This document shows positions 53,328 through 62,483 of a stretch of DNA of 64,000 bases, piece by piece. The notes under the pieces were generated by a model that was not told the origin of the DNA, did no database searches, and saw nothing but the letters and a program-made list of their open reading frames with translations. Source of the DNA: a virus (lineage: Duplodnaviria > Caudoviricetes); IMG/VR virus record IMGVR_UViG_3300021978_000001, positions 1-64,000 of that record, one strand, 5' to 3'. Position numbers and translations under genes: made by a program. How positions within the stretch are numbered: the first letter of the stretch is position 1; each line of letters starts with the position of its first letter.

Positions 53328-54170
53328 TCAAGTGTCTTTCCGTTTTTTTGTGCCCCCGAGCTTCACCTTCAAGGTCGAGCGCCCTTTTTCCTTACGCTGT
53401 GCGGCCTCTTCCGGGCTCGTGGGTACTGCCCAGGGATCGTTAGCTACGACTTTCGCGTTGCCTGTTGTCCTGGGCTGTGCGTTCGCTGCGGGAGGGGCAC
53501 CTGGCAACATGATCCCGCCCTCGGGCATCGGCGTGTTGTATGTCATCTGCTTGCGTGCAGGGCGCTCTTGTGGCTCAGGACGTGGCTCAGGACGTGGCTC
53601 AGGTTCGGGCTTGGGCACAGGAGTTACGGTGGCAGGTTCAGCTTTCTGGACGCGCGTCGAATCCTCTACTGCCTGCACAGTCTCCCAGGGGAGATTGTTA
53701 TTATGAATCACCCTGCGTCCCGGAGTGCTTTGGACTGTATTGGACCCGGAATCGTCCTCGGTAGTAGTTCCCGTGCCCGTCGTGTCAGTCTCGGAAGGCT
53801 CTTCGGGGTCTGGTGCGCTCACAAGGTACGAGGGCTGACGCGCACCCTGGAAGCTCTCCCAATTTTGGACCCTGACCTTCTGTTGCGCAAAGCTCTCGAA
53901 CTCCTGCGAGGCGTGCTCACTGTAGCGAGGGTCATCTGTTGGCAGGAAGATAGGGCTTTTCAACCCTTGCTCCTGACGTCGCATACGATGAGCCCAGGTC
54001 AAGCCGTGGTAAGAAGAACGATGACACTCAGGGCGCAAGCATCTCGAACAGAAGGCTTGCATGAACTGCTCGATCGTGGCTTCGACGCCCACATCAGCGC
54101 GGCACTCTTCCACGTAATCAACCAGCCCGCCATTCAAGGCTGCGTCCTGTATGTTCTTCTTTCGGTTCAT
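53328..54170 (-). CDS. hypothetical protein with Cys cluster and Pro/Thr-rich low-complexity region
   Basis: FCSRCLRPEC then PEPR repeats. Confidence 0.6.
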   Translation of the reverse strand: MNRKKNIQDAALNGGLVDYVEECRADVGVEATIEQFMQAFCSRCLRPECHRSSYHGLTWAHRMRRQEQGLKSPIFLPTDDPRYSEHASQEFESFAQQKVRVQNWESFQGARQPSYLVSAPDPEEPSETDTTGTGTTTEDDSGSNTVQSTPGRRVIHNNNLPWETVQAVEDSTRVQKAEPATVTPVPKPEPEPRPEPRPEPQERPARKQMTYNTPMPEGGIMLPGAPPAANAQPRTTGNAKVVANDPWAVPTSPEEAAQRKEKGRSTLKVKLGGTKKRKDT

Positions 54171-54234
54171 CACTCTTCCTGGTAAAGACACGTCTCTAAG
54201 CCCCAGTATACAAACACATTACATAGATACGCGC

Positions 54235-57200
54235 TCAAGACAGAGTGGTCAGCTCGCCGCGAATCCCGAGGTATGCGGTCAGAATGCGCAAGGCTTCGGG
54301 GTTCACCGACCAGCCCACCTCCTGTGTCAAGAGCGGTTTCCCGTCCCAGGATTCCAGACGCAAGGTGTGGGTCGCGTTATCCTGGTCGAGACAAAAATCA
54401 CAGATCGAACGCATCTGGCGCACCACTTGAAACTCCCCGTCTTCATCGAGAGGAGCGAGCGCGCTCCCCATCAAGCGGAAGGTAGCAATGGGTCCACCCT
54501 TGTACTGGCGTTGGCTTTTCTTGTTCTTGTACGTCATGTAAGCAGCTCCGTAAATCTCGTCTTCAGACAACTCTTCGGGTTCCTCTTCGGGCTCCTCGGT
54601 TACCTCGTCTCCCTGTAGGGGTACAGGCATGACCTCTTCCCCGTTTTCGACATACCACATGCCGGGCTCGAAGTCGATATAACGCCACAACAGTTGAGGT
54701 ACAGGCTCGGGGGCCTTGACCTTGGGGTTGTACGGGTGAAACTCCGACCAGTTGTAGATGACATCGAACGTGGGTCCAAGCTCCACATCACAACGCAAGG
54801 GCACAGGCCACTTGAGCATACGACCCAGCTCGGTCATCTGCTCCACAATCACAGGGACCAGGGTATCGAGCTTGTCCTTGCGAATCTCGAACACAAGCTC
54901 ATCGTGGATGCAGATCATCAGGCGACAGTCATCGAGCATGTCGTTGGCTTTGAGCCAGTCATGCACGCGCCACATGGCAAACTTGGTGAGGTCTCCCGTC
55001 GCAGACCCCTGGATGATCCCGTTGACGGCGTTGCGCTCTGCTTTGGCTTGTGCCCAACTCTCGTGGTTGTCGATGTCAGGCAAGCGCAAGCGACGTCCGA
55101 TCGCCGTGGACACCTGCTTGTTGCGCTTGCACTCTTGGTGGATGCTCTTGATCCAATCGCGTAGCTTTGGGAGCCCGTCGAGCATCTTGTCCTTGATCTG
55201 TGCACCTTCCTCTCGTGTCACCCCGGTCGCACGCGCCACAGCAGACCCCCCACCACCGTACAAGACGGAGAAGTTCGCGCCCTTGGCGTTCTGCCTGTAG
55301 AGCTTGAAGTCGGGCTTCTGGAGCACGTTGTCGCCATACACGATCTGTGTGGTCAACGTGTGCAAATCTCCAATCTTATCGGAGCCACACTGAGGGCACA
55401 ACGCGGGCGGCGCCTTGACAGGCGTACTATGGCGCTCCTCGTTGAACTCATGGTTGCAAGAGGAGCAACGGAAAAACTCGTTGACCCAACGTGGTTCGCC
55501 TGACAGGTTCGCGGCAAGGCGAAGCTCGACCCCCGATTGGTCAATCGCGCTAATGACGAAGCCTTCCCTGGCACGAATCGCGGGACGCACCGAGGATTCC
55601 AGACTCAGGATTTTGGTATTAGCACACGCAGGTTGGCCGGGCTCGGGAATCGTGGGCTCCTGGTCACGTTCGCATTGATGCTCGAACGGGCACCCTTCAC
55701 AGCTCTTCGCGACACAGCGCTCTTCATTTTTGAGCGGGTCGAAGACGAAGTGATTGTCATAAAGACGAATGAGGAAGTCATCCTTCCCCTTGACGCGCTC
55801 GAAGGTCTCGAACAACTCCGCATCCGCGCGGCCAGGACCCTCGGGTCTCGACAGCACGCGCCTCGAAGCAAACTTGCCTCGGTTGTAGCACGCAGGCATC
55901 GACTGCACGTTCAAGCCCGAGTACCCGTGATCTACGTTCCCCTTGGATGCAGCGAAGCGCCCGGTATCCACGCGGAAGGGGCGAAAATCAAAACGCGTGG
56001 TCGAGTCTTGCAAAACATGGGACGGGTTGCGCGGGAGGTGCTCATCCTGAAACCCGTCCGTGTTCTCTTGCAAGGGACGTAGATAGGTTCCTTCGACCTT
56101 CTGCAAGCGTCGGAAGGTACGAATCAGCTTCAAGAAGGGGAAGTGCTCTCCCACCTTATCACACAGGGCTTCGATGACATCATCACTGGTCTGGACCTGA
56201 TTGCTACTTTCGGTACGCTGGAGCGTGACCTTGAGCAGCCCGTGCCGCTGCAAGAAGTCGAGCCCCTTCCCAATTTCGATCGGTTTCCCGACCATGGCGG
56301 GAGTGAAGGGATACCCGAAGCTCGTAAAACCCTCTGCGATCTCTTCCGTGATCTCCTGTGTGTATAGCGCGACTTCGCGGCGCACGCGCGTCAGGTATGG
56401 GAGGTCGATGTAGGGGCGGTTGCGCTCCATCCAACGTGTCGCGGGCACACACGCTTTCTCCAGGTGGTATACACCTGCTTGCTCTTCCAGGACGCTCTTG
56501 GGAGTGCCGGGGCCGCAGGGTTCGAGGTCCACGACACGCTGTTGCATCCCCTGACGGTCAGGGCGACCGAACTCATCGGTGGGCCAGATCAGGCGAGGCA
56601 CCGCATAATGGGATGCGAAAACCCTGAAGAGTTCATACGTGCAGATGCCGTCTGCGCCTGCGTACCACAACGTCGCGGCGTCGCTCGGGTCGAGGATCGA
56701 GAAGTCATAGTCCTTGATCTTCTCATCAAACAGCTCGGAGATCTCGATCATCTCCTTGTCGAGCAGCACCTTCGAGAGATGCTTCAAGCCGTGGCGCTTG
56801 CCCGCCGAATCCTTCATGTAGCTCAGAATAAGGGTGTCCTCGAAGCTCTTTGGCCCTCCCAGCGTGATCCCCTCTCCCTCCAAAAACTCGTGATCGAATT
56901 TCGAGTTGTGATAGATGCAGATGCACTCGGAGACCAGGCGTTGGATATGACGCTTGGCGATCTCTGGGTCGAGGTTATGCGCCGCACCTTGCTTGGTGTG
57001 CCGTACAGGTACATACACGCCTTCTTTGGTGCCGTGGCTCATACAGTAGCCCACAATACGATCGACCGTGGTCCCCTGGGGAGTGCGGCGAGCATCGAGA
57101 CCCGTGGTTTCGAGGTCGAGCGCGCAATGGCCCGCTTCGATCGCACGATCCACGTAAGCGGCGAGCGCTTCTTCTGTGTTGATCATGGTAAACGTGTAGT

Positions 57201-57279
57201 CGTGCATCCACTCTTTCGGGTGGACCTCGATCACTTCACGCAAACCAAAGAACTGGTCCAAGCTGATTTCTTCTGACAT
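54235..57279 (-). CDS. polA: DNA polymerase family A with 3'-5' exonuclease and Cys-rich insertions
   Basis: ALDLETTGLD, YHNSKFD, YAGADG (Exo I-III); AIDQSGVELR (A), RQNAKGANFSVLYG (B), IHDEL (C); start MSEEIS chosen. Confidence 0.93.
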   Translation of the reverse strand: MSEEISLDQFFGLREVIEVHPKEWMHDYTFTMINTEEALAAYVDRAIEAGHCALDLETTGLDARRTPQGTTVDRIVGYCMSHGTKEGVYVPVRHTKQGAAHNLDPEIAKRHIQRLVSECICIYHNSKFDHEFLEGEGITLGGPKSFEDTLILSYMKDSAGKRHGLKHLSKVLLDKEMIEISELFDEKIKDYDFSILDPSDAATLWYAGADGICTYELFRVFASHYAVPRLIWPTDEFGRPDRQGMQQRVVDLEPCGPGTPKSVLEEQAGVYHLEKACVPATRWMERNRPYIDLPYLTRVRREVALYTQEITEEIAEGFTSFGYPFTPAMVGKPIEIGKGLDFLQRHGLLKVTLQRTESSNQVQTSDDVIEALCDKVGEHFPFLKLIRTFRRLQKVEGTYLRPLQENTDGFQDEHLPRNPSHVLQDSTTRFDFRPFRVDTGRFAASKGNVDHGYSGLNVQSMPACYNRGKFASRRVLSRPEGPGRADAELFETFERVKGKDDFLIRLYDNHFVFDPLKNEERCVAKSCEGCPFEHQCERDQEPTIPEPGQPACANTKILSLESSVRPAIRAREGFVISAIDQSGVELRLAANLSGEPRWVNEFFRCSSCNHEFNEERHSTPVKAPPALCPQCGSDKIGDLHTLTTQIVYGDNVLQKPDFKLYRQNAKGANFSVLYGGGGSAVARATGVTREEGAQIKDKMLDGLPKLRDWIKSIHQECKRNKQVSTAIGRRLRLPDIDNHESWAQAKAERNAVNGIIQGSATGDLTKFAMWRVHDWLKANDMLDDCRLMICIHDELVFEIRKDKLDTLVPVIVEQMTELGRMLKWPVPLRCDVELGPTFDVIYNWSEFHPYNPKVKAPEPVPQLLWRYIDFEPGMWYVENGEEVMPVPLQGDEVTEEPEEEPEELSEDEIYGAAYMTYKNKKSQRQYKGGPIATFRLMGSALAPLDEDGEFQVVRQMRSICDFCLDQDNATHTLRLESWDGKPLLTQEVGWSVNPEALRILTAYLGIRGELTTLS

Positions 57280-57287
57280 ATCTTCTC

Positions 57288-57836
57288 TCAGGGGTTGTTC
57301 TGAGCTACGTTCTGCGTCAACAGATAACTCTCGGGTTCGATGCGCACGACATAGGAGTCCATGCGCCATAGGTCCAGGATACGGTTTGCCTTGACGAGCG
57401 CCATGGGCTCGGTCTGGATGTTCAGGTCATAACAAGGAGGCTGCTTGCTACTCATGGCCTGGCATCGTCTCGGGTTCCAGCTCGGGCACCTCTCGCGATG
57501 CAAACAGGGACTCAAGCTCGCGTGCAACTTGCGCAAGCACCCCGAGGGGTCGAGCACTTCATGTGAGAGCATGGGTTGCGCATCCCCCTGTCGTAATTGC
57601 TGGCCAACATGCCAGGGGATTACACCGATCAGATCCACGAGCGCGCTCACTCCTCCTACCTCCGCGTGCTCTCGCTTTTTGGCATGTGGCACACGTCGGA
57701 GTGCTTCCTGTTCTGTGAGGTGCGCTTGCCTCAACACCTCCCATTCAGGTTCCCAGGAACCATCAGGCAAGATCACAAAGGTGAAGACCGTGATCTCCCC
57801 CTTGCTCGGATGTTTGGTCACGTACATGCTTGACAT
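57288..57836 (-). CDS. hypothetical protein with Cys cluster
   Basis: 182-aa ORF within the replication module. Confidence 0.55.
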   Translation of the reverse strand: MSSMYVTKHPSKGEITVFTFVILPDGSWEPEWEVLRQAHLTEQEALRRVPHAKKREHAEVGGVSALVDLIGVIPWHVGQQLRQGDAQPMLSHEVLDPSGCLRKLHASLSPCLHRERCPSWNPRRCQAMSSKQPPCYDLNIQTEPMALVKANRILDLWRMDSYVVRIEPESYLLTQNVAQNNP

Positions 57837-57872
57837 GGTAACTCTACGTTGAAGGTGATTACAAGGCGCGGA

Positions 57873-58514
57873 TTACAAGGCGCGCGCCACGGACCAGATC
57901 TTTCCCACGAGCATCTTGGTTTGTTCCGGGGTAAGCTCTCCCTCTTTCCACCCGAACACCGCCGTATCCAGCGTGTAGAAGAGCTTGAGCACCTGTGCCA
58001 TATCCAGCTCCTCATGGCGCGCTGCGATGGTCCGCCGCAGGGACGCCTCGACCGCTTCGATTGCACCCTTGAGCTGTTCCTCCTTGAGCTGTTCCGTGGC
58101 AGGAGAAGGCTTATCCAGGCTCGGGGGAGGTTCTGCCTTGTCTGGATCGTAGGAGAAGTGTGCTTTGGGGACGTTGGAGACATGGAACGTGCGTTCAATA
58201 TAGGAGAGCGCCTTCCCGAATGAGAGCGCCTCCTTGTCCTGTACCCAACGAATGCAATCCCTGGACTTGTGGCAGGCGAAGCAATACGTGCCCCCAGACC
58301 CATTGTCATTATCCGGGTACATGCGCGCTGAATACGAGTTATCCTGCCCGTCTCCATGCAATGGACAGGGATACTGAAACTCCCTGTCTACCGTCCTGAC
58401 ATCAATGCCATAATGCGAGAGCACGTCGGCTACCGTGACCTGTGTCTTGATGTTGGCGACGCGGCGGTCCAGGTATTCCTTGACTGCTGGATTCATCTCT
58501 CCCTGGATGGCCAT
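57873..58514 (-). CDS. standalone CHC2 primase zinc-binding domain protein
   Basis: YPCPLHGDGQD...SARMY...TYCFACH; no TOPRIM domain follows. Confidence 0.8.
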   Translation of the reverse strand: MAIQGEMNPAVKEYLDRRVANIKTQVTVADVLSHYGIDVRTVDREFQYPCPLHGDGQDNSYSARMYPDNDNGSGGTYCFACHKSRDCIRWVQDKEALSFGKALSYIERTFHVSNVPKAHFSYDPDKAEPPPSLDKPSPATEQLKEEQLKGAIEAVEASLRRTIAARHEELDMAQVLKLFYTLDTAVFGWKEGELTPEQTKMLVGKIWSVARAL

Positions 58515-61510
58515 TACACTTCACCCCCCTGCTCTTCCCACAGAGGGCGGTCACCTGCGTCCTCGTCGTCCTCGTCAAGGCCCGCCAGCACTTCTTCCAT
58601 GGTCGAGGCCGCGTTCAAGGTCGCGCGCGTCTCTCGGGCTTGCTGGAGGCGTTCCTCGCGCGCCTGCTCACGTTCTTCTTGCTGCTGGACCCGGAAGTCC
58701 GTGTCTGCTTGCATCAGCGCTGCGACTTCCTCATCACTGGCGTTCAAGAGCTGCGCGTGGTTCCCGAAATCGACCTCGTTTGCGATGTACTTCGTGTCCC
58801 AATCAATCACCGCGTTGAAAGGCAAGAAGTGCGGGTTGTCCCGGTTCTTGAGGCAGCCGAACTTGGTCCGCGCGCGGGCACGCAGGTCCGTGTCCAGGAA
58901 CGTGGTCGTGATGACATCGCTCGAACGCTCGGCTTCGTTGGCATCTGCGAGCGCCTGCATTTTGTACACACCATCGTTCTTCTCTGCGTCGAGCTTTCCC
59001 TGACGGTTGATCTGCAAGAGACCGAGCAAGGCCAGGCGCTCACCCTGGTTAAAGCTCAAAGCGAGCCGCTTCGCGTCACGCAAGATCGAGTTCAGGTCCG
59101 TGTAATAGTTCCCCGAATACTGCGCAGGCTTCATCAAGGCAAAGTGGTCGATCACGCACATATGCACGGGCACCTGCGCGTGACGAAGCTCCAACGCTTG
59201 TTTGAGCTTCGGGACCGTCATGTCTTCGTCCGGGGAATGCACATACAGCGAACCGTAACCGCGACCACGGTTCTGCTCGATGTCGTCGATGATGTGGTAG
59301 TAAAATTCGAGCTGGTGTTCGGAGATGGGGTTCCCCTCCTCGTCCTCCCCGTCACGCACGAGGCGGTAGGTGAGCTTTGGCCAGCCTTGCCCCTGGAACT
59401 TCGGGTGGTTGCTGTGCATCACGTACATGATGCGTTGGAGCTGATCGACGGGCATCTCCAACGAGAGGTAGTACACGTTCCACTGCAACAGGAACGCCGC
59501 GCGATACACCCAGTTCAATGCGAAGGTGGTGTTATGGGTGATCACATCATTGACCACAAAGCTATGGTGCTCGGGCACGCTCAGGTCATACGTCATCTCC
59601 TGGCCCTTGAGCGTGATGCTTTCGATCTGATCCCACGCCACATCACCCTCCAGGTGCCGCTCAAGCTCCGGGTCGAGCTGCGCGAAAAGCCGCAAGCCGT
59701 CCCCAGTGATGCTCTCGCGTTTTTGTGCTTGGCCCGCGTAACGCCAGGAGCCGGTATGTGAAGTCACGCGCTGCATAGGGTCGAGGTGCGCTATCAAGTC
59801 TGTCGGGAAGATACGATCATCCACCGCGCGCAAGCGAGACTGGAGCACATCGAAGCGCTCTTGCTTACCTGGAACGCGAATACGCTCACAGAAAGCACGC
59901 TTACCCGGGTTTGTGGTGACGCGAACGGTGTAGAAGAGATAGGGTTCTCCCTTGTAGGTAGTCTCCACTTCACGCACCGTCGAGGGGATAGCCAGGCGCA
60001 GCAGCAAACCTTGAACGCCCTGAGCCAGCTCCTTGCTGACCGAGGCATAGGTGATGTCGTTCCGCTTGCTCAAGGAGACACGATCCTCGCGTGCATGATC
60101 TCCTGCGTGACACGACCCATCGGTTGCCCACAGCGCACCCAAGAGCAGTTCGATCTGGGCTTCAGGCAATCCGAACAACTCACCAGGGATGAACTTCGAG
60201 TGGGAATTGGTATCCCACAGCCCCAGCCGCGTGAGAAGGCTCCTCAAAGGAGCTTGAGGACGTGCCGTACATCCTACCCATTTACAGTGCGGTCGTGTAG
60301 AAGAGGTATACTCACGGTACCAATTCTCGATACCGTCTTCGCCGGTAGCATAGCCCTCAGAGTGTCCGAGCGCCTGCAAACACCGAATGTAATTTTGACG
60401 TACCTCAACATTAGCAGCGGCCAACACACAGGTATAATCAGTGATTTGACCATCTCCCAGGAGAAATCCGATCGCTTCGACTTCTGCATCGGTGAAGTCC
60501 TCACGCGGCTCGGGCACGCGCATCACCGAAGGCACTCCGACCCAATCGCCAGCGGACAGCTCTTTAAGCTCGACCCAGGTGCCACCTTGTTTCGAGGACC
60601 ACAGCGGGTGGTTATCCGTAATCTCCAACTCACGGCCACTCTTGAGCTTGACCGTGTAGACATCCCGGACACCATTCTCGACCAAGTGCGAGGCTTGAGC
60701 CTGCACCAGCAGTGGCTCGGCGCCCTCTTGCTTGAGCGCGGTGATCACGGGCTGCGCACCTCCCGCCTGCACGCGATCGTAGAGGTTTTTGGCCGTCTCC
60801 AACTTTTTCGTCGAATGGTCGAAGATTTGGCACGAGCCTTGAAAACACTTCAGCTCTCCTGTGAACGCGGCGTGAGTCCACAGCTCGCCGGGCTTCAAGC
60901 CACGACATACGAGGTCAATGTCTTCGAGGCCGCACAAGCAACCCCATGTCAGCTTATCTGCGGTCAGGACGCGTTGGATCTCGTCACGCGCGGCGTCCGT
61001 GTCTTCGATGATGTCAGCCTTGGTGCGTGCTCCCGATTCGTGATTGATCAAGCCATCGGCTTGCTTCATCAGGTAGAGCATCGCGTCTCGGTACCCCTTG
61101 TAGTGTACCGTCTCACGCCCCTCCTTGATCGCGACCCCATCGAAGAGGATGTCATTGGCCATCTTGAGCGCGAGGTGCATGTCCCCCTGGCGCTGGCTCT
61201 CGACCTCGATGTGAATCAACCGTTGATAATCCGCGCCCGTGTAGGTCACGGGGACCGCCTGAATCTCCTTGAGGCGTTCAGCGGTCGTGAGATCACCCTC
61301 GCGGTCGAGGAAGTCGAGCACCGAGCGGCTCGTGGGAAGCTGACCATATTGGGAAGCAAAGCCCTGGACATAATCATAGATCTGACGGTCCTCCTCGTTC
61401 ATGAACCTCAAGTCCATGGTCGAGACCGTCAGGTAGTTATCTTTGAGTTCTTTCTGGGTGAGCTTGCCATCGACATCGAGCAGGCTTCGCAGGATCTTGG
61501 GGAGGGACAT
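58514..61510 (-). CDS. dnaB: DnaB-like replicative helicase with intein
   Basis: AAFTGELK/TTFA P-loop split by the intein; YLSLEM, VIDHF, QINRQG, ERSSD, KNRD motifs. Confidence 0.88.
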   Translation of the reverse strand: MSLPKILRSLLDVDGKLTQKELKDNYLTVSTMDLRFMNEEDRQIYDYVQGFASQYGQLPTSRSVLDFLDREGDLTTAERLKEIQAVPVTYTGADYQRLIHIEVESQRQGDMHLALKMANDILFDGVAIKEGRETVHYKGYRDAMLYLMKQADGLINHESGARTKADIIEDTDAARDEIQRVLTADKLTWGCLCGLEDIDLVCRGLKPGELWTHAAFTGELKCFQGSCQIFDHSTKKLETAKNLYDRVQAGGAQPVITALKQEGAEPLLVQAQASHLVENGVRDVYTVKLKSGRELEITDNHPLWSSKQGGTWVELKELSAGDWVGVPSVMRVPEPREDFTDAEVEAIGFLLGDGQITDYTCVLAAANVEVRQNYIRCLQALGHSEGYATGEDGIENWYREYTSSTRPHCKWVGCTARPQAPLRSLLTRLGLWDTNSHSKFIPGELFGLPEAQIELLLGALWATDGSCHAGDHAREDRVSLSKRNDITYASVSKELAQGVQGLLLRLAIPSTVREVETTYKGEPYLFYTVRVTTNPGKRAFCERIRVPGKQERFDVLQSRLRAVDDRIFPTDLIAHLDPMQRVTSHTGSWRYAGQAQKRESITGDGLRLFAQLDPELERHLEGDVAWDQIESITLKGQEMTYDLSVPEHHSFVVNDVITHNTTFALNWVYRAAFLLQWNVYYLSLEMPVDQLQRIMYVMHSNHPKFQGQGWPKLTYRLVRDGEDEEGNPISEHQLEFYYHIIDDIEQNRGRGYGSLYVHSPDEDMTVPKLKQALELRHAQVPVHMCVIDHFALMKPAQYSGNYYTDLNSILRDAKRLALSFNQGERLALLGLLQINRQGKLDAEKNDGVYKMQALADANEAERSSDVITTTFLDTDLRARARTKFGCLKNRDNPHFLPFNAVIDWDTKYIANEVDFGNHAQLLNASDEEVAALMQADTDFRVQQQEEREQAREERLQQARETRATLNAASTMEEVLAGLDEDDEDAGDRPLWEEQGGEV
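59531..60847 (-). mobile_element. LAGLIDADG homing-endonuclease intein (439 aa) in the DnaB P-loop
   Basis: starts CFQGSCQI, ends YDLSVPEHHSFVVNDVITHN followed by +1 Thr; IGFLLGDG and LGALWATDG motifs. Confidence 0.93.
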
Positions 61511-61587
61511 TCGACTTCTCTACGCGGTAAATGTTCGTGTGGTGGACTTCGTGTTCGTGGCGCGGGTTCGTGGCGCGCGTGCTCAGG

Positions 61588-62382
61588 TCACTTGAAAATG
61601 TCACGCGTCGCGTGCTTGAGGTGACGGCTCTTCTTGACCTCCGGGTCGCCCTGTCCCGAATCCTGGTCTTCATCATCCATTGACATGACCCCTTCATACA
61701 GGGACTTGCCGGGCTTGCTTGGCTTGATCGTGCACAGCTCGAAGTTCTCCACCAGGTATTCCTCGCCTTCAGGAGAGTAGGCGAGGTGACCCTGAACAAA
61801 AGGCTTCTGGTGACTCGCGATCACCCAGGTGGGCTTACCCGCAAACTCTCGGATACGCAAGGCTTCGAGTAACACACCAGGCAACGCGCGGTTGCTGTAG
61901 CTCATGACCCCCAAAAACAGGATCATCAACGTGGGGTCTTCCACCAGGTCGCGCAAGCTCGTATACGTCACCGAGGTCGAACCGTCTTCCTTGGAGGACT
62001 CTTTGTCCTTGGCGAGCCAGGCATCCATCAATGCGCTGTCGTTGGTGATCCGGTGGAAAAACTTGGTGCCCTGGCAAATCAGGGCGTGCCTGATATGAGG
62101 CAGGATGTCGCGCCTGTTGGCTTTGATGAAGAGTGAGCTGCGCACCTTATTGGTGTACGGGCTTTCTTCCAGAGGTTGGGCGTTGTAGATCTCTCGACCC
62201 AACGAGGCTTCATAGATGCGGCGCAAGGTGCATACGCAAGGACGCCTGTATTCGTTGTTGTTGCCCATCGGAAGGTATTGCCGTCCCTGACAGATCGGAC
62301 ATTCGTGCTTTTCCTTGGGCTTGTCCTCGTCCTTGATCCACTTGTGCTTGTCTTTCGGGGGCTTCAGGGTCTTGCTCGTCAT
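61588..62382 (-). CDS. DnaC-like helicase loader, degenerate
   Basis: CPICQG...RPCVC Zn motif, TLMILFLG...GKPTWVIAS; adjacent to dnaB; no intact Walker A seen. Confidence 0.55.
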   Translation of the reverse strand: MTSKTLKPPKDKHKWIKDEDKPKEKHECPICQGRQYLPMGNNNEYRRPCVCTLRRIYEASLGREIYNAQPLEESPYTNKVRSSLFIKANRRDILPHIRHALICQGTKFFHRITNDSALMDAWLAKDKESSKEDGSTSVTYTSLRDLVEDPTLMILFLGVMSYSNRALPGVLLEALRIREFAGKPTWVIASHQKPFVQGHLAYSPEGEEYLVENFELCTIKPSKPGKSLYEGVMSMDDEDQDSGQGDPEVKKSRHLKHATRDIFK

Positions 62383-62483
62383 ATTCGGTCTCGTCTTTTA
62401 TGTCTTATCTTGCTCTTATCTTGCTCGAAGCGCCTCGAAGTGCCATGCAGCGCCTCTGGGTCTAGCCTCGTTGTTGGCCGTGA

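Noticed and set aside
53571-53603. 12-nt tandem repeat (PEPR codons)
   Set aside because: Low-complexity protein linker, not a DNA element
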